Notes: a model not told the origin generated them from the sequence alone. Shown: positions 14,200 to 27,752, counted from the stretch's first letter. The stretch is DNA of 64,000 nucleotides from Vicugna vicugna (GCA_013265495.1 MU057786.1:124001-188000); one strand, 5' to 3'. A program made the numbers and translations.

Positions 14200-16490
14200 A
14201 AGAATAACCTTATATGGTTCAATATCTGCAAATCAATGTAATACACCACAGTAACAAATTGAAAATTTATCACGTTCACCTCAATAGACGCAGAAAAAGC
14301 TCCTGAGAAATTTCAACATCCGCTTATGATTAAAAACTTTCCACAAAGTGTGTAGAGAGGGAACACACCTCAACATAATAAAGGCCACATAGGATAAACC
14401 CACAGCCAACATCATACTCAACAGTGAAAAGCTGAAAGCATTTCCTCTAAGATCAGGAACAAGACAAGAATGCCTACTCTTGATATTTCTATTCAACATT
14501 GTTTTGGAAGTCCTAGCCACAGCAATCAGATAAGAAAAAGAAATCAAAGGAATCCAAAATAGAAAGGAAGAAGCGAATCTGTCACTGTTCACAGATGACA
14601 TGACACTATACACAGAAAAGCCTAGAGACGCCACCAAAAAACGACCAGAGCTCATCAGTGAATTCAGTCAAGTTGCAAAATACAGAATCAATATACAGAA
14701 ATCCGTTGCATGTCTATACACTAAGCACAAACTATCAGAAAGACAAATTAAAAAATAATCCCATTTACCATTCCATCAAAAAGAGTAAAATACCTATGAA
14801 TAAATCTAAGGAGGTAAAAGATCTCTACACAGGAAAAAAAATCTCTACACAGTAAAGTATAAGACATTGATGAAAGAAATGGAAGATCACACAGACAGAT
14901 GGAAAGATGTACTTCAAGGATCAGAAGAATGAATACTGTTAAAATGACCATACTCATAAAGGCAATCTACAGATTCAATCCAATCCCTATTAAAATACCA
15001 ATGGCATTTTTCACAGAAGTAGAACAAATGATTCCAGAATTTGTATGGAAACAGTGGCCTGACCTGAATAGCCAAAGCAATCTTCAGAAAGAAGAACAGA
15101 GATGGACATATTGTGTGTCCTCACTTCAAACTATCCAGTAAAACTACAGAAAGAAGAACAGCATGGCACTGGCACAGAAACAGACCCACAGGTCAATGGA
15201 ACAGAATAGAGCCTAGAAATACACAGATGCAGTTACAGTCAATTAATCTAGGACAAAAGAGGCAAGAATATTCAATGGGGGAAAAGCCAGTCTCTTCAAT
15301 AAGTGATGCTGGGAAAACTGGACAACTACATGGAGAAGAATGAACATTTGCTTACAGCATATCCAAAAATAAACTCAAAATAGAGATCTAAGTGTAAGAC
15401 CAGAAACCATAAAACTCTAAGAAGAAAACATAGGGAGAACACTCTTCGACATAAATTGTAGCCATAATTATGTTTGGACCTGTCTCCTAATGCAAAGGAA
15501 GCAAAAGTGAACAAATGGGACTCATTAAACTTAGCAGATTTTTCCACAGCAAAGGAAACCACCTACACAACAAAAGGGCAAAATACTGAACTGGAGAAAA
15601 CATTTGCAAATGACATGACTGATAAGGGGTTAATATCCAGAACAGACAAACAGCTCATAGAACTCAATCTCAAGAAACCAAACAATCTGATTTAAAAATG
15701 GCAGAAGAACTGAATAGGCATTTTTTCCCCCAAAGAATACATACAGGTGACCAACAGACACATGAAAAGATGCTCAACATCATTCATCATCAGTGAATGC
15801 AAATCAAAACCTCACTGAGACATCACCTGACCTGTCAGAATGGCTATCATTGAAAAGTCTACAAATAACAAATGTTGGAGAGGATGTGGAGAGAAAGGAA
15901 CTTTTGTACACGGTTGGTGAGAATGCAAATTGGTGCAGCCAGTTTGGAGGAAAGTATGGAGATTCCTTGAAAAACTAAAAGTAAAACTACCATAGGATCC
16001 AGCAATTCCACTTCTGAATAGATAGCCAAAGAAAGCAAAAACACCAGTTTGAAAAGATACATGCACCTCGATGTTCAAAGCAGCACTACAAAAGCCAAGA
16101 TATGGAAGCATCCTAAGTGTCAGCCAACAGATGAAAGGATAAAAAATATGTACACTATATAATATATATATGTGTGTGTGTGTATATATATATATATAAT
16201 GGAACACTACTCAGGCATAAAAATAGAATGAAATCTTGCCATTTGAAACAACATGGACGAACCTGGAGGATATTATGCTTAGTGAAACAAGTCAGAGAGA
16301 GACAAATACTGTATGTTATCAGTTATATGTGGAGTCTAAAAAATAAGAGAAAGCACATATGACAAAACAGAAACAGACTCACAGAGATAGAGAAGAGACT
16401 AGTTGTTACTGGGGAGGAGAGGAGGGTGGGGAGGGGCAAGACATGGGTAAAGGATTAAGAGACAGAAAATACTATGAATAAAATAATCAG
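14200..16490 (+). mobile_element. LINE-1 ORF2 3' half and 3' UTR, frameshifted
   Basis: ORF fragments [45 protein letters not shown] and KVNKWD..L..FSTAKET; (TA)n/(TG)n at about 16155-16198. Confidence 0.92.
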
Positions 16491-17121
16491 GCTGTGTGTG
16501 GTTAGGAATGTTTACATGTATGTTTTAAACATAAACAAGCCCCAGTTCTGTCCTGAAGATGCTGATGGACGCTGGGGGGGGATACAGCTGCCTTTGTAAA
16601 ACAGTTGCCAAGCTTTCCAACAGCTCGAAGGAAACGGCTCCTCAGGTCTCCCCGAGGTGGATGTGTGACCAACTTTTATAATTGTTTTAAGAAAGTGGGC
16701 TGTTTGGAGTTTTTGTACTTCCTAGATTTAATTTTGGTTATTTTTGTTTTCCCGAAAATTATTCATGTAGCCTAATATGGCCAGTATATGGGTATGAAGT
16801 TGTTCATTACCTTTTTAATGACTTTTTTTCCATCAGTATTTCTTGTCTTATTCATAATAAAGTTTTTTTTTAATTTGCTTGACAGGGTTCATCTATTTTC
16901 AATTAGAAAAACAATACTTTCCTTTTCCAAAACCAACATTTATTTGTGTCCATCAAGCACAGTGTTTAATTTCCAACTGTTTATTTTAGGTTTTCTATAT
17001 TAAATTCCTCTCCCATTTCCAATGTTTAAAATTTTGTTTTCAATTCCTAGGTTGAATGTATGCTTTGTATAATTTCAAACTTTCTAACTAAGGAAAAAAG
17101 TTCAAGTTTCCACTGAAAAAA

Positions 17122-17627
17122 TGTAAGCACAGCTGCCATAAAGGGAAACAGACGCCAGAAAAGAAGTTACAGTGAGTGACAGAGGGAAGAACGCATTTTC
17201 AGCATCGGTAAGACAAAGACAAAAACAAATCAAAGACAAAATCAACTAAACTAAAAGGGACGAAAAGTAACTGCACGCATGCGCAGTTGGGGCAATCATG
17301 ATCAATAAGATACAGAAAGGCCACAAAACAGCTGCCACTCCCAGGCACCAGAAGTAAACGCAGGGCACTGAACATGGCCCTGCACACAGCGCCAGCAAGG
17401 GGGTGGGCCCACCACCGAAGCCAGCCCTCTGGCCCCTCCCACCAGTCAGCCCCCACCCTCCCCCATTTAAGGAACCAACCCGCCCCATCTGAGAGCAAAG
17501 GGCACCTGTTCCTTGTTCTCGCTCCCTTTTGCTGCTGCGGGAGTCCTGGTAAATCCTCGCCTGAAGGCCTCGCCCACCTGTTCTCAATTTCTATTGATTC
17601 AAGGATCTAAGACCCAAAACTGCATCA
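17122..17627 (+). mobile_element. solo ERV-type LTR (family not identified)
   Basis: About 500 bp, TG...CA ends, internal gcatgcgcagttggggcaatcatg, TATA-like catttaagga, U5-like tttctattgatt..aagaccc..atca; no clear TSD. Confidence 0.55.
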
Positions 17628-19259
17628 ATTACATAAAGCAATCTCTTCTTTTAACCCTCACATCATCCTGCTTCTACAAATAACCATCTAATTACTGCTC
17701 ACACGAATCCTTCCTGCAATCTCTTCAGTTACTTTGATTGGGAAGCTGGTTCTGAGCAGAGTCCTCTCCGAGGGCTCCCGGAACAGTCTCCTGACGCGCA
17801 GTGATAAAGGCGGGGGCAGTATTTCTAAGTTTTACTTTTGCCTCTGGCTCCAATATGTCTCATTACAAGTCTTTTCATGATCCCATCTTCATTTCACAGT
17901 TTGGTATTTTGCTCAGGAAGGACTATTTGGCACTGATTCTGCTTTTTGAATAATTATTACATCAAAACCTTATTTATCTTGATTTCTGAGTTGTTTGTCG
18001 TCCCCTGAAATTTTGTGCCTGTGCCCAGTGACTTCTTGCCTCCCCTGGTTCTAGCCCTGAGTTGAAGCGTCTCTGTCCTCGGTCTTATAGGTTCCCATCC
18101 TGACTAATTTTTCCCCCCGCACTCCTTATAGTTGACATCCACTGGGGGTTCAGTGCTAACATAGCCCAGGCACCGCAGTTTGAGAATTCAAGGACTTTCA
18201 TACCTTACCTTGGAGCTCTGCCTTGATCACTGGTGGTGTGAACCAAGTTCCTCCTCGTATCAGCGGCAAGTCCTTGCCTGACTTCTGCATGGTATGACCG
18301 CAAGGCACTGCTGTGGGTCCTCACTCGGCCTCAGCACCGCGCATGCGTGGGGCCCTCCTGGGAAGTAGGGTGGATGCTCGCTCCTTCTGCTACTGTACTG
18401 AGCATGTGCAGGGCCCTCAGACGTTTACTTGCACTGTTACTAAGTCTACTTTGCCCAGACTTTTGAGATATTCGGTGGGTCTCAGGGCTGTTATTCACTC
18501 ACTTGGATTTTGCAGTAATGAGGGATACCTTGTATTCTAGACTTGTTGTAAATGGGTTTTGGTTTTCATATAATATGCTCTGTGTTTATGTGGAGATTCT
18601 GGAAGACAAAAATTATGCTTCCATGAACATAGCCATATTCCCAGAATTCTTATATTTATTTTATTTTTGAAAGGATACTTCAAAAAAAATGAAGGACAAA
18701 ATTATTTTTCAAGTACAGAAAGCATTAAAAAATATTACACTGAAAAAAACCCACAAAAGAATAATGTTTGCTCAATGCCTATGCATTTTCTCATTGTTAA
18801 CAAAGCAGATTTCAACTGCTAAAGATGTGACAGCTCCTGGTCCAGGCAAGATGTAGACCAGACAATCCAAACACCCTTGTGCTACAAACACTCAGATGTG
18901 GGATGGCCTGGTCAAGCTCAGGAGAGAGAAAGGGAGAGGCCTCAGAGTGAAGAGGAAGGGAGGACAGGGTTCCAGTTTGTGATCCAATGTGTCAGCTGTG
19001 GGCGGTGGGGCAGTGGTGGGGTGGGTCCTGATATTGGTCCATGGAGCCAGGTGAGCATCTTTCTGATTTTCACCTCTTTTGAAGGGAGAGAAGGCAGGAT
19101 CAGGGATGCAGACACAAAGGCACATAAAGCGAGGTCTGTGGGTGGATTCTGCCCCTAATAGACGTTGACTAGAAAACATTTTACTCACTGAGGAAGCTTT
19201 GATATCTGAACTCTGGGTCAGAAGAGAGATACTCCTCTGAGGGGAATATTTGCTAGATC

Positions 19260-19627
19260 TGTGCTGAGGAATGAATATTTATTTTCCCCCCAAATGAATA
19301 TGCTGGCATCTGAACCTCTAAGCTGAAGGCATTAGGAGGTGGGGCCTTTGGGAGCTGATTAGGTCAGAAGGCAGAGGCCCTCATGAAAGGGATGGATGCC
19401 CTTGTGACAGAGACCTGAGAGGGTCCCCTTGCCCCTTCTGCTGGGTGAGAACAGAGTGAAAGATGGCCTCCTGGGAACCAGAACGTGCACCCTCACCTGA
19501 CACGGAATCTACACACAGTTTGATCCTGGATATCTCAGGATCTAAAACTAGCAGAGTTAAATTTCTGTTGTTCATATAGCACCCAGTCTAAGGTTTCTGT
19601 TATAGCAGCTCAAACGGAGGAAGACAG
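19260..19627 (+). mobile_element. MaLR LTR (MLT1A-like)
   Basis: ttaggaggtggggcctttggga..gattaggtca..gccctcatgaa..ggat..tgttatagcagctcaaacgga..aagaca. Confidence 0.8.
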
Positions 19628-20129
19628 CCTGTGACGGAGGCAGCCAGTGCTGGATTATAAGTGCCATGGGTATAAGTATACAGAGGAAGGGGTGGAGGTG
19701 TGGAGTTGGGACATTCTGTTTTAACTGAAGAGGTAACTGAAGCCTTTGTGTTGGGAGGAACATGAAGGAAATGATACTTAAGAAGAATACTGTAGATTCA
19801 TCACCATAGGGTCTGAAAATGCACTTGAGAAAATTCCACATCATTCTCTGATTAAAAAAAAGATAACACTTAACAAAATGACAATAAGTAGAAATGTCCT
19901 TAACATGACAAAAACCATGTATATACATCAAAACCCCCAAACCAGCAAGGATCCACTATCACCCAAACATGCCCTGATCTACCACAAACAAGGCTCAGCA
20001 GATACTATGAATGGGGAGATTGGAACACTAAGACCTTCGTGATATAGAATAATTTGGTAAAAGTAGAAAAGAAATTCCTCTAAATTGGTTAAGGACCTAA
20101 AAGTTCCTATTGGAACCATAAATGAATAA

Positions 20130-21935
20130 AGATAATATGAAATTGAATCCCCCAAATTAAAATACTTAGGAGTAAGTCTAACCATGGAAGTGAAAGACTT
20201 AGAGAACTAGAAAACATTGACTAAGGGAATTGAAGATGCCTTAAAAAAAGGGAAGGGTACCCATGAGCTCTTGAACTGGAAGAATGAATACTGTGAACAC
20301 AGCCATACTCCCCAAAGTGATGTACAGACTTAATGTGATCCCTGTCACATAACACAGGACATGTTTCACAGAAGTAGATCAAATCATCCTAAAATTTATA
20401 TGGAGTCACAAAAGACCTAGAATTGCCAAAGCAATACTGAAGAAAAAGAATGAAGCTGGACGAATAACCCTCCCAGACTTCAGACAGTACTACAGAGCTG
20501 CAGTCATCAAAACAGCATGGTATTGGCACATGGCATAAAAACAGACATATGGACCAAAGGAACAGAATGGAGAGCCCAGAAATAAACCCACAGACTTTTG
20601 GCCAATTAATCTTTGACAAAGGAGACAAGAACATACAAGGGAGTGAAGACAGTCTCTTCAGCAAATTGTGTTAGGATAACTGGACAGCTGCGTGTAAATC
20701 AGTGAAGCTAGAACACTCCCTCACACCATACATAAAAATAAACTCAAAATGCTTAAAGGCTTAAACATAAGACAAGACACTATAAAACTCTTAGAAGAAA
20801 ACATAGACAAAACTTTATCTGACATAAATCTTAGGAAGATTCTCCTAAGGCAGTCTACCTGGCTATAGAAATAGAAGCAAAAGTTAACAAATGGGACCTT
20901 TTAAACTTAGAAGCTTTTGTTCAGCAAAGGGAACCATAAGCCAAACAAAACAACTTACAGAATGGGAGAAAATATTTGCAAATGATGCGAATGTCAATGG
21001 TATAATTTCCAGAATATACAAATAGTGCATACAACTTAATAACAACAAAACAAACAACCCACTCCAAAAATGGGCGGAACACCTAAACAAGCAGTTCTCC
21101 AACGAAGACATACAAATGGCCAATACCCACATGAACAATGCTCAAAATTGCTAATTATCAGACAATGCACATAAAAAACTTCAATTAGGTATCACCTCAC
21201 ACCAATCAGAATGGCCATCTCAAAAGTCCACAAACAATAAATGCTGGAGAGGCTGTGGAGAAAAGGGAACCCTCCTACACTGTTGGTGGAAATGTAGTTT
21301 GGTGCAGCCATTGTGGAAAACAGTATGGAGATTCCTCAAAATATTAAAAATAGACTTACCATATGATTCAGAAATCCCATTCCTGGGCGTATATCAAAAG
21401 GGAAACTTAATTCCAAAAGATACATGAACCCCAATTTTCATAGCAGCACTATTTACAATAGTCAAGATACAGAACGAAACCTAAATGTCCATTGACAGCT
21501 GACTGGGTAAAGATGTTGTAGTATATTTATACAATGGAATACTACTCAGCCATAAAAAGAATAAAATAATACCATTCGAAGTGACATGGATTGACCCAGA
21601 GATTGTCATTCTAAGTGAAGTAAATCTGAAAGAGAAGGAAAAATACCATATGATATAATTTATATGTTGAGTCTAAGAAAAAAAAAGACAAACTTATCTA
21701 CCAAACAGAAACATACATAGAAAAGAAACTCATGGTTACCAGGGGAAAAGAGGGTGGGACTGGATAAATGGGAGTTTGAGATTTGCAGATACTAACTACT
21801 AAACATAAAATAAACAACAAGTTCACACCATAGAGCACAGGAAATTGTATTCAATATCTTGTAGTAACTTGTGGTGAAAAAAATATGAAAATGAATATAC
21901 ATATGTCATGTATGACTGAAGCACTGTGCTGTACT
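20130..21935 (+). mobile_element. LINE-1 ORF2 3' part and 3' UTR, degraded
   Basis: aaatacttaggagtaa..ccagacttcagacagtactacagagctgcagtcatcaaaacagcatggta..; 3' UTR similar to 1-862. Confidence 0.9.
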
Positions 21936-24629
21936 GTGAAGGGCAATTGAAGACTTTGTCACAGAGGAGGGAAGGCTGAGTACAGGGAGCGCAAAGAGCA
22001 GTCCAGGCAGCAGGACTAAGTTAGGGCAGAAACATGACAGAATGACATCTTCAGATGCCAAGGGACACATCATAAAAACGTCCAATATTTTTCCGTCTAA
22101 GCCATCACTCAGGAGTAAAAGCAAAATAACATCATTTTCAGATCAAAGTAAATAAGAGATTTTGCCACTGTCAGGCTGTCACTGAGAGTGAGGAAGGATG
22201 GATTTAAGGAAGAAGTGGAGAGTGAGACACGGAGGCAGGAAATGGGTGAGTGCAGGTCTGACAGTCACAACTGTGTAAACCAACAATCAGGGGTTAGTAA
22301 GAACACTTACCACGAATAATGAGAAGGCAGAAGCCTTTGTGGTTCAGTGTTGTGTCCTGACCAGCACCAACCACCCTAGCAGGGCTCAGGAAGCCTGAGC
22401 TGAGATAGGAAGGGCAGAAAAATACTTACATACTATTCATTCATAACTATCTGTGTAAGAAGAATTGCACACCATTAAAAAGTGGGAATTATTCCTGGAA
22501 TGCAGGAAGACTTCAACCTAGGAACATGCATCAGTGTAATACACTACACTAACAGTGTGAGGAGAAAAAAGAGGAGCATCTCAATTAATGCCGAGAAAGC
22601 AATGGAAGAAATTCAATACCATCTTCTGACTTTCATGTAAACATGAGAAATTTAAAGGGTAATATTTGCATAAGGTTTCTTTTAACATAACTCTAGCACA
22701 ACTGGCTAATAGCAATTTTTAGAAGTATCACACCATTCTATATTGCACTATAGCACAATATCACTTCCTTCTGTTCCTCTTCTATGTGTCAGGTCTTTCA
22801 GAGCCTCATCAGAGAAAGGGCAAAATTCAGTAGGGATGCTCATTGCAAAGAAAAATATATTTGTTTTATGATATCGAGTTAAACATTCATTGCTCAAGGA
22901 ACACCAACCATTGTGACAGTCATGCAGAGTCGTATTTCTCCACGTGGTTATTGATTTTTAAATTCAGTCCCATCATGAAACTTTAGGTCCATAGGATCTA
23001 GTACTGTGACATTGGATCCCTGAGGGAATTAGAGGTGTCCCTTGACCTAGAGTGGAGAGCCACAAAATAGGACAGTCACAGAGGCTGAAGTGAGCAGAGA
23101 AGTGACAGCAGATGGTGAGATGTGACATGGGAGAGCCCTGGGATCAGGTGGGTCCTGGCTGAGGGGCGCTGTGGGAGGGTCTTCAGGTGTAAAAGGCCTG
23201 GCAGGTAAGGAAGGTGCCTATGTATGATGACCTCCTGTCAGGACAGCTCCAGGAGAGCCCCCATTTCAAATACATTCCCAAACCTGTCACATCTTGCCTC
23301 CCAAATGTATTCCGTCAGCAATACTCGGCCAAGTGCTGGGCTAGAGACCTGTAATGTACTCGAAACCAAGGCGTAGACTCTGCTCCCAGGTGGCTGAGAA
23401 TTTAATATAATACAATACAGGAAAAGCCGTTGTAGGTAGAGGATCAGGAAATTAAAATCATAACCTGTCCCTCTCCCACAGTTCCTATAATCACTGTTCT
23501 TTATTCTGACACTTTAGGATACACAGGATTTTAGCAAAGCCCCCAGGGGAAAGCAGATTCAGTGCTCTGGGGATAGAAGTCCACGAGGACCCACCTTGGC
23601 TGTGCTGAGCAGGAGCTCTTTCCCTTGGAGTGACTCTCACTGAGGCCTCCTGCCCCCCTACAATTGTCTCCTAGGGATCCAGGGACAACCCCGCTGTCCT
23701 GTGAGCAGGCCACTTGCTACCCAAATCTACATCACACACACAAAAGGCAACATGAATTAAAATATCTCTTCTACATTGCACTGATTGTCAAAGTCTTTTA
23801 TTTAAATAGATATTTACAGATAGTTGGAGGGAGAGAGGAAGGGACAGAGGTGGACACAGACGGGGCTGGACACAGAATTATATACATGTCTATGTGTCAC
23901 AAGGGACAACGTCCACTCAGTACCTCACCTTATATTTGTGACTTATTTACATTAGCTTACAAGTGAGATTGAAGAAGAAAAGCAAAGCTCTATAGCTTAA
24001 AGAAATCCTCAGTTCATAAAATGCTCTGATGAAGGATAAATTGGTAAGCACCATATTTGAACAGAGCAGAGTGTTTGTCATAAGCAGTTACACACCTCCC
24101 TCTGGTGGCCATATGAGGAATGTCATGGATGCTGCTGGCTCCATGGATGTCAAACAGGCAACAATCGCACACACAAATCAGTGATGCTGCTAGAAGAAAA
24201 CAAATTCTATGAGATTAAAAGTTCGGGGTTGCCTTCTATTCGAAGTCCTTCCCTTCATCTTGAGATGACCGGGCACTTCCCAAGGGCAGGGTCTCAGGGA
24301 GTGCTGATGGAGCCCCTGAGTCAGGTCCTGGGTCCACAGCAGACAAGGGAGAGGAGGGACCTGCAGGGAGAGGGTGGGCACGTGCTGGGGTCACTTGTCC
24401 ACGTCCCCGCCCTGTGTGTCTGGTGCAGAGAAGTGAGTCTACCTGAACAAAGACATGTAGGGCACTTTGATGTTTATATTAACGATAAAACACAGACAAA
24501 ACAGGCAGCAAGTGATATGTTACCACCTCTAAGAATAATCAGGAATTGTAAATTCACAGACACATCAGGAACAGTGGGCGTCCCGGCCCTGAAAGCAACG
24601 GGAGACAGCGGAGCCTGACTGAGACTTAC

Positions 24630-24729
24630 CGCGCGTCCCTCTGCTCTGGCTCTGGCGCTGTCGCAGGCAGGAGGGCTGGAGCTGGCGCTCCATCCAGAGG
24701 GGTTTCCCCAGCGGGTTCTGGAGCTGGTG
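24630..24729 (-). CDS. RALGDS-like exon 6, P/A/E-rich linker (A)PAPEPAGETPLDGAPAPALLPATAPEPEQRDA(R), then stop
   Basis: ctacag| acceptor in the phase required by exon 5; |gtaagt donor; composition like the RALGDS post-REM linker. Confidence 0.7.
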
Positions 24730-24995
24730 CTGTAGCTCCAGGAAGGGAAACTCTCATCAACAGGACTGCTTTCCCACGTGTCTCTCAAAGACAGGGGAGC
24801 CCTCACTGCTACTCAATCAACTCTCAGTCCAAGATTCCACCCCAGGAAGCCTTCCCAGACTGCAGTCCAGGGGATGAGTGTTCTGAGCCTCCTCATTGCT
24901 CTTGAGCCAGTTCCAGCCTCGGGAGGCTCTAATCTGTGTGGTTCACTGCCTTCCCCGCCCCCCTCACCCCATCACCCACCCAGCATCTTCCTCAC

Positions 24996-25189
24996 CATCA
25001 TCCTCTGTGTCCGGAAGCTCCAGGTGCTCCAGCTCTGCCAGGAGAAAGTGGACCCAGTACTTCAGGTCAGAGCCAGGCATGCTCAGCTCTATGTAGGTGA
25101 GCACGGTCTTCAGGCAGGGAAATTCTGGAGGCTGGTGGAAATCCTCTGGGTACTGGTGCAACCAGGTGCCCAGGATGGAGGTCATGGCC
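24996..25189 (-). CDS. RALGDS-like exon 5, REM second half
   Basis: ccccag| acceptor, |gtgag donor, 194 nt; AMTSILGTWLHQYPEDFHQPPEFPCLKTVLTYIELSMPGSDL matches RALGDS AISSILGTWLDQYSEDF.QPP.FPCLK. Confidence 0.92.
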
Positions 25190-26137
25190 CTGGGGGTAGT
25201 GAGGGGGACAGCAGAGTCAGTGACCGGGCCTTGTCCAGCACACTGGGCTCCCAGAGCAACCCAGCAGGGACCTGGGCCTCTGCCTTCGGCTCCTCTCCAT
25301 CCAGAGGCCGGCTCTGCTCCACATCCCATCTCACCTGGCAGTCTGGGCAGAGGCGGGCCTGGGCAGAGAGGAGGGGCTGCTACAAGCTTCTGAAGGGACA
25401 GCCCTTGGTCAGCGGTGTGGGCACCTCTCTACCTCTTCAGGGACACATGTCACTCTGCTCTGTCCCTCTCCCTGCCCCTCCCCACTGGATGGCACCTCTG
25501 TGAGGACAGGCAGGCTGTGTGCTCTGGGCGCTGCCCTCTGGGAACACGGGAGCTGCTCTATGAGTCTCTGACCCAGGAGGGAACAGACAGGCTGTGTCTG
25601 CCGCCCAGGCTTCCCCCGGGCCTCCTCACTCCTCAGACATTAGCTCCTGCACCTGCCTGCTGCCTAACCCTCCAGGGACCTTGCCTTGGTCTCCTCCTGC
25701 CCCTGCCACTCAGCTTCCACAGGGTGGGCTCAGCTGTCCCCTGAGGCTCACGGGGTCCCCTGAGCGCCAGCTGAGTCCCCACCATTGAGGCTCCACTAGA
25801 TGATGGTGAGCAGGATGCTGTCCACCCTTTGCGTTCTGGGTCCCAGGAAGGAGTGGGGGCAGGGCTGGGATGGAGAGAGGATGGCTGTGGGTTCTCTTAG
25901 GGGCTGACTCTGTCCTCTGACCTCCCAGATTCCCTTCACAGCACCACAGCCCCATCCACAGCTCTCTGGGTCTCCTTTCCTCTTTGCCAGGAGAAGCCCT
26001 AAGACTTCTGCTCTCAAGCCAGAATCAGAGGATGTGGAGGATCCAGGGCCCTGCCCACCTCTGCCCATCCACACAGCCCACAGCTCCACAAAGTTTTTGG
26101 GGAAGGAGTCCCTCCAACTTCAATCAAAGAAACTCAC

Positions 26138-26197
26138 TGTTTCAGCTGGTGCAGGGGTCCACTGTCCTCATCGCTAGAAGGGAGGGCGCATCCGTAT
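26138..26197 (-). CDS. RALGDS-like exon 4: (R)YGCALPSSDEDSGPLHQLK(Q)
   Basis: tctag| acceptor, |gtgagt donor, 60 nt, in phase with neighbours; resembles RALGDS YGCILPYSDEDGGPQDQLK. Confidence 0.85.
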
Positions 26198-26829
26198 CTA
26201 GATGAGACCAGGAAGGCGTCACATGGACTGTCCTGAGCACACTAGCTGGATGTGATGTCTAGTGTGACAGTGTGAGTCCCGGGAGAATGGAAGCCCTGGA
26301 GGGCAGGGCTGTTGTTTGCTCGATGCATTAAATGATGGTTGTTCCTAGAAAAGCACCTGTCCCCAGGGCCCTTCCTATATATTTGAGGAATGAGTGAGCC
26401 CACCCAGCCCTACAGCGCACATCTGAGTGGGCCTGGGACCCTACTTGTCCCTCCCAGGGATCCCTGCTCTCACTCTCCCAGGACAGGGACAGCTAAAGGA
26501 ATCACCGATCCCCTTTGAAATGGGAAAACAGTTCCACCCAAGGCCACAGTCCCAGTGACACAGGAGGCAGAGGCTTCCTCATGGACAGGAGGACAGTGAC
26601 CACTTAGCAGACCCACAGCCCCTCCAGCTGCCCTTTCCAGGGGCCAGGTCCCCAGAAAGCACTTTCCATGAAGGACCCCCTCTGTTCCTCCCCTTCTAGG
26701 GCCTGCTCCTCTCTTGACCCCAGTGTGCAGAGGGGCAAACTGAGGCTCAGAGAGTTCGAGGTCCAACCCCACATGTCACTGCTAGTAGGTGGCCGAGTCC
26801 TCAATGTCCCATGAGGACAGAGTGCTCAC

Positions 26830-27023
26830 CTTTGGAGCAGAAGGTCCAGCACCTGCTGGGCAGTGGCAAAAGATCTATAGCTGCCCAGGAATGTGAGCAA
26901 GTAGGAAGGGTTGCCGCCCAGCATGGCAGGCACCAGGTTTGCCACCAGCTTCTCCAGCCTTTGTTGCTGGAGGCTCCACACCCTGTGGGTCTCATCCCTG
27001 CTCCCTGATGGTCCAGCTCCCCC
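26830..27023 (-). CDS. RALGDS-like exon 3, REM (RasGEF_N) first half
   Basis: ccccag| acceptor, |gtgag donor, 194 nt; LEKLVANLVPAMLGGNPSYLLTFLGSYRSFATAQQVLDLLLQR matches the RALGDS REM motif LEKLVEHLVPA..FL.TYR.F.T.QQVLDLL. Confidence 0.92.
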
Positions 27024-27641
27024 CTGGGGTGGAAGGAGGACAGACATGAGTCAGAGGCAGCACCGGGGACCAGCAGGGGAATGAGTTGAATCCTCAAGCC
27101 TTAAGGTCTTGTGCCTGAGGTGGAACAGGGGAGCCCTGGACAGATTCAAGGTTCTCAGCATCATCAGTGCAAGGGGCAGAGGGCGATGATTAAATGCGTT
27201 AGCATCTCAGATCACTGTGTCAGCACCGCAGTGCCAGCCCCTCCCTGCATGATGCCTCATCCCTGTGACTGCTGTCACAACATCCCAATGTAGAGATGAG
27301 AACATAGAGGCTGGTCCCGGGGTGGGAGGGATCAGGACTGTCAGGCCAATGTGAACACGTGGGGATGGAGGAGAAACAGGACAATCTGTCGAAAATGCAG
27401 AAACACGCTTGTCCTAACGTGAATTGAAATTCTGTCAAACTCTCTTCCTGAGATTCGGACTCATATGTGGGCACTGACTTTGCATCTGGCCAAGGCAGGG
27501 CCTGGGCTGTGAGGGCAGGTGGGTGAGACATGGAATCAGATTCCTTTGCCAGCAGGTCTCTAAGAGGGAGCGCGGGGGAGAAGCGGGGCAGCTGTGGGAC
27601 CCGGGGCTTCCTGGGTGTGGAGTCTCCTCGTTTGCACTCAC

Positions 27642-27752
27642 CCTGAGCCTGTCCTGGGCTCCCTTGGTGTCGTGGGGCACCTGCCCCTCCTGCAGGGAGG
27701 TCACATGGGGGACTCCATGGACCAGGTCCTGTCCCATCCCCTGTGTGGAGTC
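27642..27752 (-). CDS. RALGDS-like exon 2: DSTQGMGQDLVHGVPHVTSLQEGQVPHDTKGAQDRLR
   Basis: tttgcag| acceptor, |gtgagt donor, 111 nt; resembles RALGDS SSTQEIGEELINGVIYSISLRKVQLHH. Confidence 0.85.

Noticed and set aside
14200..21935. ORF-track entries with reverse transcriptase/ORF2 similarity
   Set aside because: Frameshifted, 5'-truncated L1 relics; neither host genes nor intact elements
24778..25503. 241-aa + strand ORF
   Set aside because: Antisense shadow of RALGDS-like exon 5 and GC-rich introns; no recognisable protein
24630..27752. Calling the locus RALGDS or RGL4 itself
   Set aside because: Too diverged and truncated for RALGDS; RGL4 is a CDC25-domain protein, whereas this locus is REM-only; no gene symbol assigned
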